Of a stretch of DNA of 64,000 nt, positions 1-9,531 are shown piece after piece. Every line of letters begins with the position of its first letter. The stretch's first letter is position 1. A model generated the notes under the pieces. It was not told the origin of the DNA. It saw only the letters and a program-made list of their open reading frames with translations, and searched no databases. The position numbers were made by a program, and so were the translations under genes. This stretch comes from a virus (Duplodnaviria > Caudoviricetes): the IMG/VR virus record IMGVR_UViG_3300009768_000006, positions 38,552 through 102,551 of that record. The stretch is one strand, 5' to 3'.

Positions 1-26
1 GTACTCTTAAAAAGGGGGACGTATAA

Positions 27-2027
27 ATGGCTGTATTAAAAATAAGAGATGCTAGTGGCAATTTAATAGATATACCTACTATAAAAGGAGCAGATGGTAG
101 AGGTATCGTATCTGTGAATAGGACAGCAGGTAATGGAGCTCCTGGTACTACTGACACTTATACTATTACATATACTGATAATACTACTAGTATCTTCTAT
201 ATATATAATGGAGTTGATGGAGTAGGAATTGTTAGCATCGATAAGACATCTACTCAAGGGTTAACAGATATATATACTATAGGATTATCAGATAATTCAT
301 CTCATACATTTACAGTTCATAATGGTATGTCCGGAATTACATTACCTATTGTGAATATTACAGGTGATTATCTAACGGATTGGGTAGGTAAAGAAGAACG
401 AGAGGCTTTCTTAGAGTACAATAGCAAAGAGCTGGATTTTAAAGCTCATATACTGATGAAACCTCAAGGTACTTCTTCTCTTGTTTATCCTAAGAAAAAC
501 TTCAATATAAAGATGTATAGTGACCATGATTTTACTACTAAATACAATGTTTCTATAAAGTCTAATTGGGGTCCTCATAATAAATACACATTAAAAGCAG
601 ACTATATCGATAAAACACATGCTTGTAATGTCGTATCTGCTCAAATAGCTGGTGAGATGGGTGATAAATATGATATATTACCTGATGCACCTAATCACGG
701 ACTTATTGAAGGATTCCCTGTTATAGTATACTTTAATGGAGATTATCAAGGTATATATAATTGGAATATTCCTAAAGATGGCTGGATGCTAGGCTTCGAT
801 GATGAAGAAAATAACTTGATATTGTGTGCTGAAGTACATGCAGGTGTAGGATCTTTCAGAGAATCCTTAATATCCTTTGGCGATACTTCATGGTCTCTAG
901 AGTATGGTGGTGAAGATGAAGAAGCAGCGATAACTTCTTTCAATAGGTTAATCACATTTATAAAGGATTCTAGTGATGCAGATTTTAGGACTAATTTTTC
1001 AGATTACTTAGATCTTGATTCGGCATTAAACTATTATTGTTTCTGCTATCTATCAGCTGCTATCGATAACTTAGGGAAGAATATGCTGATGGTCACTAAT
1101 GATAGATTAGTTTGGCATCCTGTACTATATGACTTGGATTCCTTATGGGGAGTATCATATGATGGTACTACAGCGATAGCCGCTGATTACAAATGTCCTG
1201 ATGATTACGAATGCTCTACAAGCTTATTATGGGAAAAGTTAGTAAGATGCTTTCCTAATGAACTTGCTACTCGATACTTTGATCTACGTAAGGATGTACT
1301 CAGTCAAGGTAATATTATAGGAGCTTTCAGAGAATATATAGCTCAGATACCTAAATGGGAATATGCAGATGAAGTAACTCTATGGACTGGTATGGCTGAT
1401 ATGATTAGATCTATGGAGCAAATATCTACATGGCTACCTAAGCGTATCAGGTATGTTGATTATATGTTTAGACAAATGTTCACAGTGACTGATGAGGATT
1501 ATGGTCGTTGTCTTTATGATTTGCCAGAGACTTTTATAGGCGATGGTATATCAGCAGTCATAAATACTGGCGTAGCTCTTTATAATAATGTAGATAGGGA
1601 TTGGACAGTTATTATGAGAGCGCCAAATGTACCTAAAACAGCAGGATTTGGCTATTTTGTGGCAGCACTTACAGATGGTGGCTTTGGCATTCAAGCATCT
1701 AGTGAAGTAGACAGCTCGGCAATAGTACACTTTGGCTATAATAGCTATGTTGAAACGTATCCTAGTGAAGATGAACATGACTATTTTACGATTGCTGTAG
1801 TTAAACAAGGTATTAATTATACAATATATCGTGATGGGGTACAGGTTGGAGATGTTGTAGTTAGCGATTTACAAATTCCTAATTTAATTCCTCTTAGAAT
1901 TGGCGCTAATGGAAGTCAGTCAGATACCTGGCAATATAGTAATGTTACTGTAAATAATCTAAGAATATATCGTAAGGCTTTAGGTAAAGCTGATATTCAA
2001 GGAATTATTACTGAAATGTTAAGCTGA
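27..2027 (+). CDS. Tail-associated protein with CotH-family kinase domain and C-terminal LamG/ConA-like domain
   Basis: QGTSSLVYPKKNF, YTLKADYID, GFPVIVYFNGDYQGIY, DNLGKN and YDLDSLWG are CotH motifs. N-terminal GADGRGIVS/TDTYTITY tail-type repeats. C-terminal YRDG...LRIG...LRIYRKAL LamG-like pattern. Confidence 0.8.
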   Translation: MAVLKIRDASGNLIDIPTIKGADGRGIVSVNRTAGNGAPGTTDTYTITYTDNTTSIFYIYNGVDGVGIVSIDKTSTQGLTDIYTIGLSDNSSHTFTVHNGMSGITLPIVNITGDYLTDWVGKEEREAFLEYNSKELDFKAHILMKPQGTSSLVYPKKNFNIKMYSDHDFTTKYNVSIKSNWGPHNKYTLKADYIDKTHACNVVSAQIAGEMGDKYDILPDAPNHGLIEGFPVIVYFNGDYQGIYNWNIPKDGWMLGFDDEENNLILCAEVHAGVGSFRESLISFGDTSWSLEYGGEDEEAAITSFNRLITFIKDSSDADFRTNFSDYLDLDSALNYYCFCYLSAAIDNLGKNMLMVTNDRLVWHPVLYDLDSLWGVSYDGTTAIAADYKCPDDYECSTSLLWEKLVRCFPNELATRYFDLRKDVLSQGNIIGAFREYIAQIPKWEYADEVTLWTGMADMIRSMEQISTWLPKRIRYVDYMFRQMFTVTDEDYGRCLYDLPETFIGDGISAVINTGVALYNNVDRDWTVIMRAPNVPKTAGFGYFVAALTDGGFGIQASSEVDSSAIVHFGYNSYVETYPSEDEHDYFTIAVVKQGINYTIYRDGVQVGDVVVSDLQIPNLIPLRIGANGSQSDTWQYSNVTVNNLRIYRKALGKADIQGIITEMLS

Positions 2028-2051
2028 TATCGAAGGAGGTGTATTTAGTAG

Positions 2052-2360
2052 ATGGAAATAATAGCTTCTTGGCTAGAAATGTTAGGCTTCGGAGGATTTT
2101 TAGTATCTATAATAATGTGGAGAATAAATAAAATGGATAAGTCTCAACGTGCTAGAGAAGCTGCTAGAATAAGTGAGAATATAATTATTATGAGAGGTTT
2201 ACAGGCTATAGGTAATTTATCTGAGGCTTCTGCAATAGCTATTAAACTCCAGAAATGTAATGGAGAGACTGATAGATCATTAGCAGAGTATGGTCTTTAC
2301 AAGCATGATCTAAACAATTATCTATTAAATCAGAATGCACTAAGGAATGAAGGTAAATAG
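2052..2360 (+). CDS. Small membrane protein, putative holin-like
   Basis: N-terminal TM helix, GGAGG RBS, located in lysis cassette. Confidence 0.5.
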   Translation: MEIIASWLEMLGFGGFLVSIIMWRINKMDKSQRAREAARISENIIIMRGLQAIGNLSEASAIAIKLQKCNGETDRSLAEYGLYKHDLNNYLLNQNALRNEGK

Positions 2361-2371
2361 GAGGATATATC

Positions 2372-2701
2372 ATGGAAATCGATATCACTACAGTTGTAAT
2401 AGCAATCATAGGTCTACTAGGCACTATCATATCAGCATTGATAGCTGCTGCTGCTCCTCATCTAATAAACTTAATAAAGAGTAAAGTATCTGAAGCTAAT
2501 TTTAATAGACTCAAAAAATATGCTGTATCTGCGGTGGAAGCAGCTGAGCAGATCATAACTGGTACTAAAGTAGGTGCAGAGAGAAAGAAGAAAGTTGAAG
2601 AATGGCTTAAGTCTCTTAATCTTACAGCTAATCTTGATGAAATAGAAATAGCTATAGAATCCGCAGTTAAGTCTATGAATGACAAGCTCATAGAGAAGTA
2701 A
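2372..2701 (+). CDS. Phage holin (LL-H family-like)
   Basis: N-terminal TM; AVEAAEQ...G.ERK..V..WL...IESAV pattern. Confidence 0.75.
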   Translation: MEIDITTVVIAIIGLLGTIISALIAAAAPHLINLIKSKVSEANFNRLKKYAVSAVEAAEQIITGTKVGAERKKKVEEWLKSLNLTANLDEIEIAIESAVKSMNDKLIEK

Positions 2702-2704
2702 TCT

Positions 2705-3085
2705 GTGAAGAAACCTCCTTATTCACAAATACTCACTGCTAGTGTAGTTATACTCGTATTTGGATTTGTAATATTTACATGCGTAGAGATGCATATCCAA
2801 CAAGATCTATCACCTTTAAATTCTATAGGACCTTATGTGATAGGTCTATTAGCTACAGTAGTTAGTGCTTATATGTGGAGGGCTAAACAAAGTGATCAGT
2901 ACACTCTAGACTTAATGAAATCAGAAGAAATGGCAAAAGGTAGACAACAATATGGTACTAACTATAAAAGTGAAACTGTTAACCATAATGATGAAGATAA
3001 TAGCTATTCCTCTAACTATAGTAGATATAGTAATAATGGAGGCTATACTAATTATCCATCAGATGGTGAAGATCCTAGTGGTTAA
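2705..3085 (+). CDS. Two-TM membrane protein (holin/antiholin-like)
   Basis: Two hydrophobic helices, directly upstream of endolysin. Confidence 0.45.
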   Translation: MKKPPYSQILTASVVILVFGFVIFTCVEMHIQQDLSPLNSIGPYVIGLLATVVSAYMWRAKQSDQYTLDLMKSEEMAKGRQQYGTNYKSETVNHNDEDNSYSSNYSRYSNNGGYTNYPSDGEDPSG

Positions 3086-3099
3086 GGAGGTACTATAAT

Positions 3100-3978
3100 A
3101 TGGCTGTCGAACTAGTAAAAGGTATAGACGTATCTAAATATCAGACTAAAACTGATTGGAATATATTAAAACAAGCTGGATATAAGTGGATCATAATTAG
3201 AGTAGGCTATCAAGGATATGGATCAGGAGGATTTGCAGAAGATCCTTTATTCAAACGTCATATCGATGATGCTCTAGCTGCAGATATACCTGTAGGATTG
3301 TATTGGATTTGTCAGTCTATCACAGTTCAGGAAGCTATCAATGCTGCTAAGTATATATTGGCTATCTTAGATAAGTACAAAATTCCTCTGTCTAAGATAC
3401 CTCTAGGTGTATGGTGGGATAATGAACCTACTACAGTATATCCTAAAGGAAGAGCTGATAAACTAGATAAGAATTTGAGGACTGATATAGGATTAGCATT
3501 CTTAGATACTATAGCATCAGCAGGATTGGTAGCAGGTATCTATACTAATCTACAGTATATCAATCATGAGCTAAATTTTGAGCAATTCGCTAAGTATCCT
3601 CTATGGTTAGCTCAATGGAATGCTAAAGGTCCTAGTAGGGAGTGTGCTATATGGCAGCATGGATCTATCAAGAACCTTCCTGGCGTAGTTGGAGAATGTG
3701 ATGTAAATGTGCTATATGATACTAGATTGTTAGGAGAGGTTAAGCCACCCATCGCTAATGAGAAAATCCCTGAAGGATTCATCCCTTATCCTGCGGTAGT
3801 TACTGCGAAGAATGGACTAAATGTTAGAGCAGGTGCTGGAGTTAATTTCAGCATAAGAGGAGTATTAAAATATAATAGTGAAATTGTTATATTAAAGGAA
3901 TCAAATGGATGGGGTAGAGTAGCACTAAGAGATAACTATTATGGTTGGATAAGTCTTAATTATACTAAACGTAGATAA
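3100..3978 (+). CDS. Endolysin: GH25 muramidase + SH3b cell-wall binding domain
   Basis: GIDVSKYQ, D-x-E (WDNE), LWLAQW, WQH...DVN; C-terminal LNVRAGAG...NGWG...GWIS. Confidence 0.9.
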   Translation: MAVELVKGIDVSKYQTKTDWNILKQAGYKWIIIRVGYQGYGSGGFAEDPLFKRHIDDALAADIPVGLYWICQSITVQEAINAAKYILAILDKYKIPLSKIPLGVWWDNEPTTVYPKGRADKLDKNLRTDIGLAFLDTIASAGLVAGIYTNLQYINHELNFEQFAKYPLWLAQWNAKGPSRECAIWQHGSIKNLPGVVGECDVNVLYDTRLLGEVKPPIANEKIPEGFIPYPAVVTAKNGLNVRAGAGVNFSIRGVLKYNSEIVILKESNGWGRVALRDNYYGWISLNYTKRR

Positions 3979-4014
3979 TAAGGAGCGTATAGTATATTAG
4001 AATATCGAAAGGTA

Positions 4015-4740
4015 GTGATTAAAATAGCTATAGCAGTTAATGGAGGACATGTCTCCAGAGCGATAGATTTCTATAACAAGGCAGGTAAGTACTTTATTAT
4101 AGGTGGTACTACACCGTGGAGTAATGAAGCATCTCCTGATGTTCCTAATATATCAGATTTCAAACTGATGAACGTAGTAGGACTTAAGAAGGTAGATAAT
4201 ACTTATATGGTAATACCTGATGATGCAGGTACTATAAACTATAGAAATCAGAACTGGAAAATTGTACCTCTCGAGATAAATACTAATGTAGGAGCATCAG
4301 GAGTAAGCTCAGGATCATTAGTGGTCACTGTAACTAGCCTTGCTGGATTAGTGGTAGGATCTAAGATACGTGTAAATAATATATATGATGCACGTATTGT
4401 TTCTATATCCAGCAATTCATTAACATTAGACACACCTGCTCCTGTAGCTATAGTAGCAGGTTCTCCTGTATTAGGAGGAGCTCATCCTGAAGGAGCCAAA
4501 TATGTATATGTAGAAAGCTATCTTAACTATGATGATTTTCCTTTAGTAACTTATAGGCAATTAGGATTATGTAGTGGAGTAACTCCTAATACGGATGATA
4601 TATTGCTATCAGCTGCTTATGCTGCTACAGGGAACAATGAGTATACATCTCTAGGAACTTTGGAAATCTTAGATAATAGAGTACCTAGTACTAGAGATGC
4701 TAATCAAAGAGAGCTTGTCAGTATTATCCTTGAGTTCTAA
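4015..4740 (+). CDS. Baseplate/virion structural protein
   Basis: IGGTTPWSNE..P, AKYVYV, YRQLGL, LEILDNR motifs typical of the myovirus baseplate protein preceding DUF4815. Confidence 0.6.
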   Translation: MIKIAIAVNGGHVSRAIDFYNKAGKYFIIGGTTPWSNEASPDVPNISDFKLMNVVGLKKVDNTYMVIPDDAGTINYRNQNWKIVPLEINTNVGASGVSSGSLVVTVTSLAGLVVGSKIRVNNIYDARIVSISSNSLTLDTPAPVAIVAGSPVLGGAHPEGAKYVYVESYLNYDDFPLVTYRQLGLCSGVTPNTDDILLSAAYAATGNNEYTSLGTLEILDNRVPSTRDANQRELVSIILEF

Positions 4741-4783
4741 CTTGTATATTGTATTATAATTATGAAGTATAAACTAGGAGGAT

Positions 4784-7700
4784 ATGTCTATGGCTAGGGT
4801 TAATATAAATCAAGCTCCTTACTATGATGACTACGATAGTAGTAAACAATACACACAATTACTAGCTCTTCCAGGTAGAGTAGCACAAGCTAGAGAATTC
4901 ACACAATTACAGTCTACTCTTAAAAATTCTATAAAAGAGCTAGGAAATTCTATATTCAAAGATGGTAATGTTGTAGAAGGTTGTCAAGTCATCGTAAATG
5001 AAGCTAAAACTAGTGCTACTGTGACTAGTGGTAGAGTTTACCTTAATGGCATGATACTAGAAGTCTCTGAGACTTCTGTACCTATATCAGGGACTGGTAC
5101 AGAAATTATAGGAGCTAAATTGATGGAAGCTATCATAACTGAAGCTGATGATAATACTCTAAAAGATCCTGCTCAAGGATATGATAACTATAATCAACCT
5201 GGATGCCATAGAGTAAGAAGCTGGATCACGATTACTGTAAATGATAATGAAGCCTCTGCTTTAGCCACTCTTGTGGATGGTGAGTTGTCTATAGAGACAT
5301 ATGCTCCTAATTATGATACACTAACTCAAACATTAGCTAGACGTACTCATGATGAATCTGGATCATATATAGTCGATGGATTGACTGTGAGAATAGAGGC
5401 TTCAGATAATCCTAGTAACTTCACAGTAGTAGTAGAACCCGGAAAAGCTTATGTGCTAGGCTATGAACTACGTATATTAACTCCTAAGAAATACTCTATA
5501 GGAAGATCCACGACTTATGATCCTGTACTAGCTACAAACTATTGGTATGATGAAGATGTCGATGATTATCTATTAGCTAGTGCTCCATATGTAAAAGAAA
5601 TTACGCAGGTGAAGGGATTTGTTAGCAAAACTGTTAATCAGACTATATCAAATAATACTGATCGAGTATTATTTGATGAGCTAGAAGTATCTCAGATATC
5701 TTCTGTTACGCAAGGAGCTACTACTTATACTGTAGGCAATAGCGATAGTACAGGTGACTGCTATCTGCAGAGAGAAGGTAGTAGGTATTATCTGAAGTGG
5801 AATGGTACAGCTAACTATCCTACTTTAAATACTAGCTACTCTGTAACCTACATATATAATCATACATTTATTAACAATACTGACTATGAATTATCGTTAG
5901 TAGATGATAAGCATTATCTGAGCTGGTTAGGCGCTAGTACTCCTATAGATGGTACTAACTTTACTGTAGCATATAATCAATATCTTGCTAGAAAAGATAG
6001 TGTATATATAGACAGATATGGTAATATAAACATCACTAGAGGTATTCCTGCTGAATATGGTTTTGAGGTATTGCCTGATAAATCTGCTAATACTCTAGAA
6101 CTAGCTCACATCTATAATCCTCCTGGTGGATTAGTAACTAGTAATTCTTCTCAAAGCATTCAGGTATATAATGTAGGTCTTACTAGGTTCACCATGAATG
6201 ATATCCAAAATCTACTAAATAGAATCAGGACTATCGAGTATGATCAAACAGTACTGAGCTTAAATGATGAAGCTAGACAGTATGAGACAGCTACTAGCAA
6301 GCGTGGTATATTCACTGATCCTCTTGTAGACTTAGCTAGGATTGACTACTATTATAACATGTCAGGTTCTACTGTAGTAGATCCTTCTAAGCCTGTATAC
6401 GATGTTACTATAGATACACTTAAGAATATCTGCTACCTGCCTACTGCTGTAGATATGCAGGATATGATAGCTAGCAATACTAGTACAGCTAAGCTATACA
6501 ACAAAGCAGCTACATTATCTAAATCTGGAGAATCTGTTATACTTACGCAGCTGAAAGCTACTAAGTCATATCAGATAAATCCTTACAGTGTGTTCCCTCA
6601 ACTACCTGAGATTAGCTTATCTCCTTCATCTGACTCATGGGTAGAAGATAATGTAATCACAGTACCAGTATCTCATAGTACTACAGAGATATTAACTACT
6701 TCTACTAGGAACATAGAGTTAACCTCTGTGATATCAGGTAGGTTCACATCTTATAAGGAGTCTACTACAGCTACAGTTGATACAGCTATAGGAGTTAAAG
6801 TATCTACAAGCTCTCAGGAATCTGTAATAAATCAGGAATCTGTAATGTACATAAGACAAAGAGAGATAACTGTAGAAGGTATAAACTTTCCTCCTACTGT
6901 AGATAATATAAGATGCTACTTTGATGGAGTACTAGTAGCACTTACTCCTACAGGATCTACGTTAGCAGGTACTATGTCAGGATCAGTTAAAGCTGATAAT
7001 AATGGATACTTATCTGCTAAATTCACTATACCTGCTAATATTCTGACAGGTATAAGAGAAGTCAAACTAGAGTCTGCTGCAGAAGTTGCCGGGTACAATA
7101 AATCAGCTTCAGCATTATATCAAGCAAATGGTACTATCAGGAATATCCGTAGGACTATAACTACATTAACTACTATACTGCTTAATAGAGTAACTACTAT
7201 TAGTACTCGTAATTATGTGGATCCTGTAGGTCAGACATTTGTTCTAGATAAAATGACTATTATAAATGCTATAGATTTATACTTTGAAGCTAAACCTGCA
7301 GGATCTGTACCAGTAACATGTGAGATACGAGAAGTAGTAAATGGATCTATATCTAGTACCATATATGGACATAAGACTCTAGCTGCATCTGAAGTATCTG
7401 TAAGTAGTGATAGTAGGACTGCTACTAGATTCGTTTTCGAAAATCCTGTATTATTAGAAGAGAATATAGAGTATGCATTTGTTATAAGATCTACATCTCC
7501 TTCATACAGAATATGGGTAGCAGATCTAGGAGGTCTAGATATCATATCTGGTGACGTAGTATTAGCTAACCCTTATCTTATAGGTGTTATGATGAGCTCC
7601 TCTAACAATTCATCTTGGAGTATGCATCAAACAACAGATGTAAAGTTTAGGCTTATAGCTGATACTTATGCTCAATCTTCTGATCTGATATTCAATCAGA

Positions 7701-8260
7701 TAGCAGGACTGGATTTCAGTAGAATATATCTGCTAGCTGATTACATCACTCCTAGTGGTACGAGCATTGATTGGTATTATAGCGTAGATGGAGGAGTTAA
7801 TTATAAGACTATAAGTCCTTATAATATTATACTACTTGATCAACTTAAGACTACATTTGATGTTAAAGCAACATTACGTAGAGATTCTAATAGTACTCTG
7901 TCTCCTATCGTGGCATTGGATACCATAGGATGCTCAGTATCTAAGTATGATACAGAAGGATATTATATAACTCAGAATATATCAGGATTAGATGCTTACA
8001 CGAAGGTTGATATAATCCTAGACACTTACATACCTAGTAATACTTCCTTGACTGTCTATGTTAGTAATGATAATGGAACTACATTAGAAGCAGCTACATT
8101 AGATAATCTATCAGTCAAGACTCTAAACTTCGGATGGAAAGAGCAGACTTATAAGGCTACAGTATCTAGTGCTACTCAGTGCAAGTTGTTCATAAAACTG
8201 GAATCTGATTATGAATATTTTACTCCTTCATTCAGAAGAGTAAGGATGGTAATGTATTAA
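4784..8260 (+). CDS. DUF4815-domain baseplate/adsorption protein
   Basis: APYYDDYD...PGRVAQAREFTQLQS, LARRTHDESGSY, PGKAYVLGYE, DPVGQTF. Confidence 0.85.
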   Translation: MSMARVNINQAPYYDDYDSSKQYTQLLALPGRVAQAREFTQLQSTLKNSIKELGNSIFKDGNVVEGCQVIVNEAKTSATVTSGRVYLNGMILEVSETSVPISGTGTEIIGAKLMEAIITEADDNTLKDPAQGYDNYNQPGCHRVRSWITITVNDNEASALATLVDGELSIETYAPNYDTLTQTLARRTHDESGSYIVDGLTVRIEASDNPSNFTVVVEPGKAYVLGYELRILTPKKYSIGRSTTYDPVLATNYWYDEDVDDYLLASAPYVKEITQVKGFVSKTVNQTISNNTDRVLFDELEVSQISSVTQGATTYTVGNSDSTGDCYLQREGSRYYLKWNGTANYPTLNTSYSVTYIYNHTFINNTDYELSLVDDKHYLSWLGASTPIDGTNFTVAYNQYLARKDSVYIDRYGNINITRGIPAEYGFEVLPDKSANTLELAHIYNPPGGLVTSNSSQSIQVYNVGLTRFTMNDIQNLLNRIRTIEYDQTVLSLNDEARQYETATSKRGIFTDPLVDLARIDYYYNMSGSTVVDPSKPVYDVTIDTLKNICYLPTAVDMQDMIASNTSTAKLYNKAATLSKSGESVILTQLKATKSYQINPYSVFPQLPEISLSPSSDSWVEDNVITVPVSHSTTEILTTSTRNIELTSVISGRFTSYKESTTATVDTAIGVKVSTSSQESVINQESVMYIRQREITVEGINFPPTVDNIRCYFDGVLVALTPTGSTLAGTMSGSVKADNNGYLSAKFTIPANILTGIREVKLESAAEVAGYNKSASALYQANGTIRNIRRTITTLTTILLNRVTTISTRNYVDPVGQTFVLDKMTIINAIDLYFEAKPAGSVPVTCEIREVVNGSISSTIYGHKTLAASEVSVSSDSRTATRFVFENPVLLEENIEYAFVIRSTSPSYRIWVADLGGLDIISGDVVLANPYLIGVMMSSSNNSSWSMHQTTDVKFRLIADTYAQSSDLIFNQIAGLDFSRIYLLADYITPSGTSIDWYYSVDGGVNYKTISPYNIILLDQLKTTFDVKATLRRDSNSTLSPIVALDTIGCSVSKYDTEGYYITQNISGLDAYTKVDIILDTYIPSNTSLTVYVSNDNGTTLEAATLDNLSVKTLNFGWKEQTYKATVSSATQCKLFIKLESDYEYFTPSFRRVRMVMY

Positions 8261-8418
8261 TGAAAGAAATAAAAGACACTAGAACTGGAGCTATAATATT
8301 CAAGAAAGATGATAACGAATTAGCGATGGATAGATTACTAGAAGATATTAAGAATCTTAAACTTCGTATTGAAGCTCTAGAAAAGCTAGCAGCAGAAAAA
8401 ACAAGAAAAAAAGTTTAA
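8260..8418 (+). CDS. Small coiled-coil protein after DUF4815 gene (MKEIKDTRTGAIIFK...)
   Basis: Hand-translated 52-aa ORF; TAATG overlap with upstream stop. Confidence 0.6.
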   Translation: MKEIKDTRTGAIIFKKDDNELAMDRLLEDIKNLKLRIEALEKLAAEKTRKKV

Positions 8419-8445
8419 AAATTTTTAAAAAAATTTTAAAAACAG

Positions 8446-8472
8446 GCAGGTCTTTTATATCTTTTGGCGAAC
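8446..8472 (+). promoter_or_regulatory. Host SigH-like promoter with upstream A/T tracts
   Basis: GCAGGTCTT-N11-GGCGAAC resembles the SigH consensus RNAGGAWWW-N11/12-RNNGAAT; A/T tracts at 8405-8443. Confidence 0.45.
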
Positions 8473-8526
8473 TATATATAATGAAAGGGAAAAATTCCCT
8501 AAAGAATTAACAAAGGAGAATTAACT

Positions 8527-9168
8527 ATGGAAAAGAAGATTAAGCTCGCCAGCAACGGTAAAGAGGTAGACTGGGAAGAAGTAGAAAAAACAGTAAGCAT
8601 CATCTGCAGGAAGTTCAACAACATTAACTCTCGCTACATTGAAGATCTCGCTCAAGAACTTAGAATTCATGCTTTCTACGTTTCCAATAACTATTACGAC
8701 TTATATCGTAAGGCCATTGATTTCTGGAGGACTCTGACCGTTAGAGTTTATCCAGAAATCCCTACATTTGACATGGAAATGAACCGCAGCGCGGAAATGG
8801 TGGAAAAGGCCAGTGAAATTAACTACAAGAGTCTCCTCGCTTCCGTCATGAAAGAACTTAATCGTCCTGGTGAGAACTTAGCTGATAAGAAAAAGAAGGA
8901 TCTTGCCATTCAAATCATGATGTTGATTGTTGAGGATATTGACGAAAATATGGAAGTAACTGAGGATATTAACCTCGATGGAAACGAGGCTGACAGAAAG
9001 TACATTGGAGCAAAGTTGAATGCTTCTTGGGTTTCTGAGAGGTTGCACGTCAGCTACAAAGCTGTAATGGCTGCAATGAGAGAACTGGAAGAGACCTTCG
9101 TAGGACTGGCTATGATGGGTAAAGTAGTTCTTGATGATCAGTATCGTGAAAATTACAGATTACGTTAA
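8527..9168 (+). CDS. Putative sigma-like transcription regulator
   Basis: EDLAQELRIH (region-2-like) and C-terminal HTH-like SWVSERLHVSYKAV; stand-alone unit with own promoter and terminator. Confidence 0.4.
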   Translation: MEKKIKLASNGKEVDWEEVEKTVSIICRKFNNINSRYIEDLAQELRIHAFYVSNNYYDLYRKAIDFWRTLTVRVYPEIPTFDMEMNRSAEMVEKASEINYKSLLASVMKELNRPGENLADKKKKDLAIQIMMLIVEDIDENMEVTEDINLDGNEADRKYIGAKLNASWVSERLHVSYKAVMAAMRELEETFVGLAMMGKVVLDDQYRENYRLR

Positions 9169-9174
9169 ATCATT

Positions 9175-9205
9175 AAACCTCCTGGTTGATAATCAGGAGG
9201 TTTTT
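9175..9205 (+). terminator. Intrinsic terminator
   Basis: AAACCTCCTG...CAGGAGGTTT followed by T-run. Confidence 0.85.
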
Positions 9206-9279
9206 CACATAAAAGGAGGAATTTTTAATTAATTTTCGTATTTTCATCAAAATATACGTACTGTACGTGTGATAAATAG

Positions 9280-9303
9280 GGCCAACTCTCGAGTCTCAAA
9301 CGT
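9280..9303 (+). promoter_or_regulatory. Phage promoter motif P1
   Basis: GGCCAACT-N11-AACGT. Confidence 0.6.
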
Positions 9304-9423
9304 CTCTTACGCTGAAGCGTAAGCTTCCGGAGCGTATAAGCGAAGAGTAGGCGTAGCAGCGTAGGTTAAGCGTCCGCAAAGCGGACATAAGCGCAAGCGC
9401 AAGAGACGGCCGTAGGCCGGAAG
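9301..9423. other. CG-rich multi-hairpin element (candidate origin or structured RNA)
   Basis: About 9 RGCGN repeats and five inverted-repeat pairs in 123 nt. Confidence 0.5.
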
Positions 9424-9481
9424 TATATATAAAATTATCTTATATCTATCGAGCTATATGTAGATATGAATCTAGATAATT

Positions 9482-9505
9482 TCCTAACTCTATGACATCT
9501 AACGT
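9482..9505 (+). promoter_or_regulatory. Phage promoter motif P2
   Basis: TCCTAACT-N11-AACGT upstream of HD operon. Confidence 0.7.
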
Positions 9506-9531
9506 TACTTATTACGAAGGAGAGATTTAAT

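Noticed and set aside
4733-4760. Extra copy of the phage promoter motif (TTCTAACT)
   Set aside because: Lacks AACGT at the 11-nt spacing
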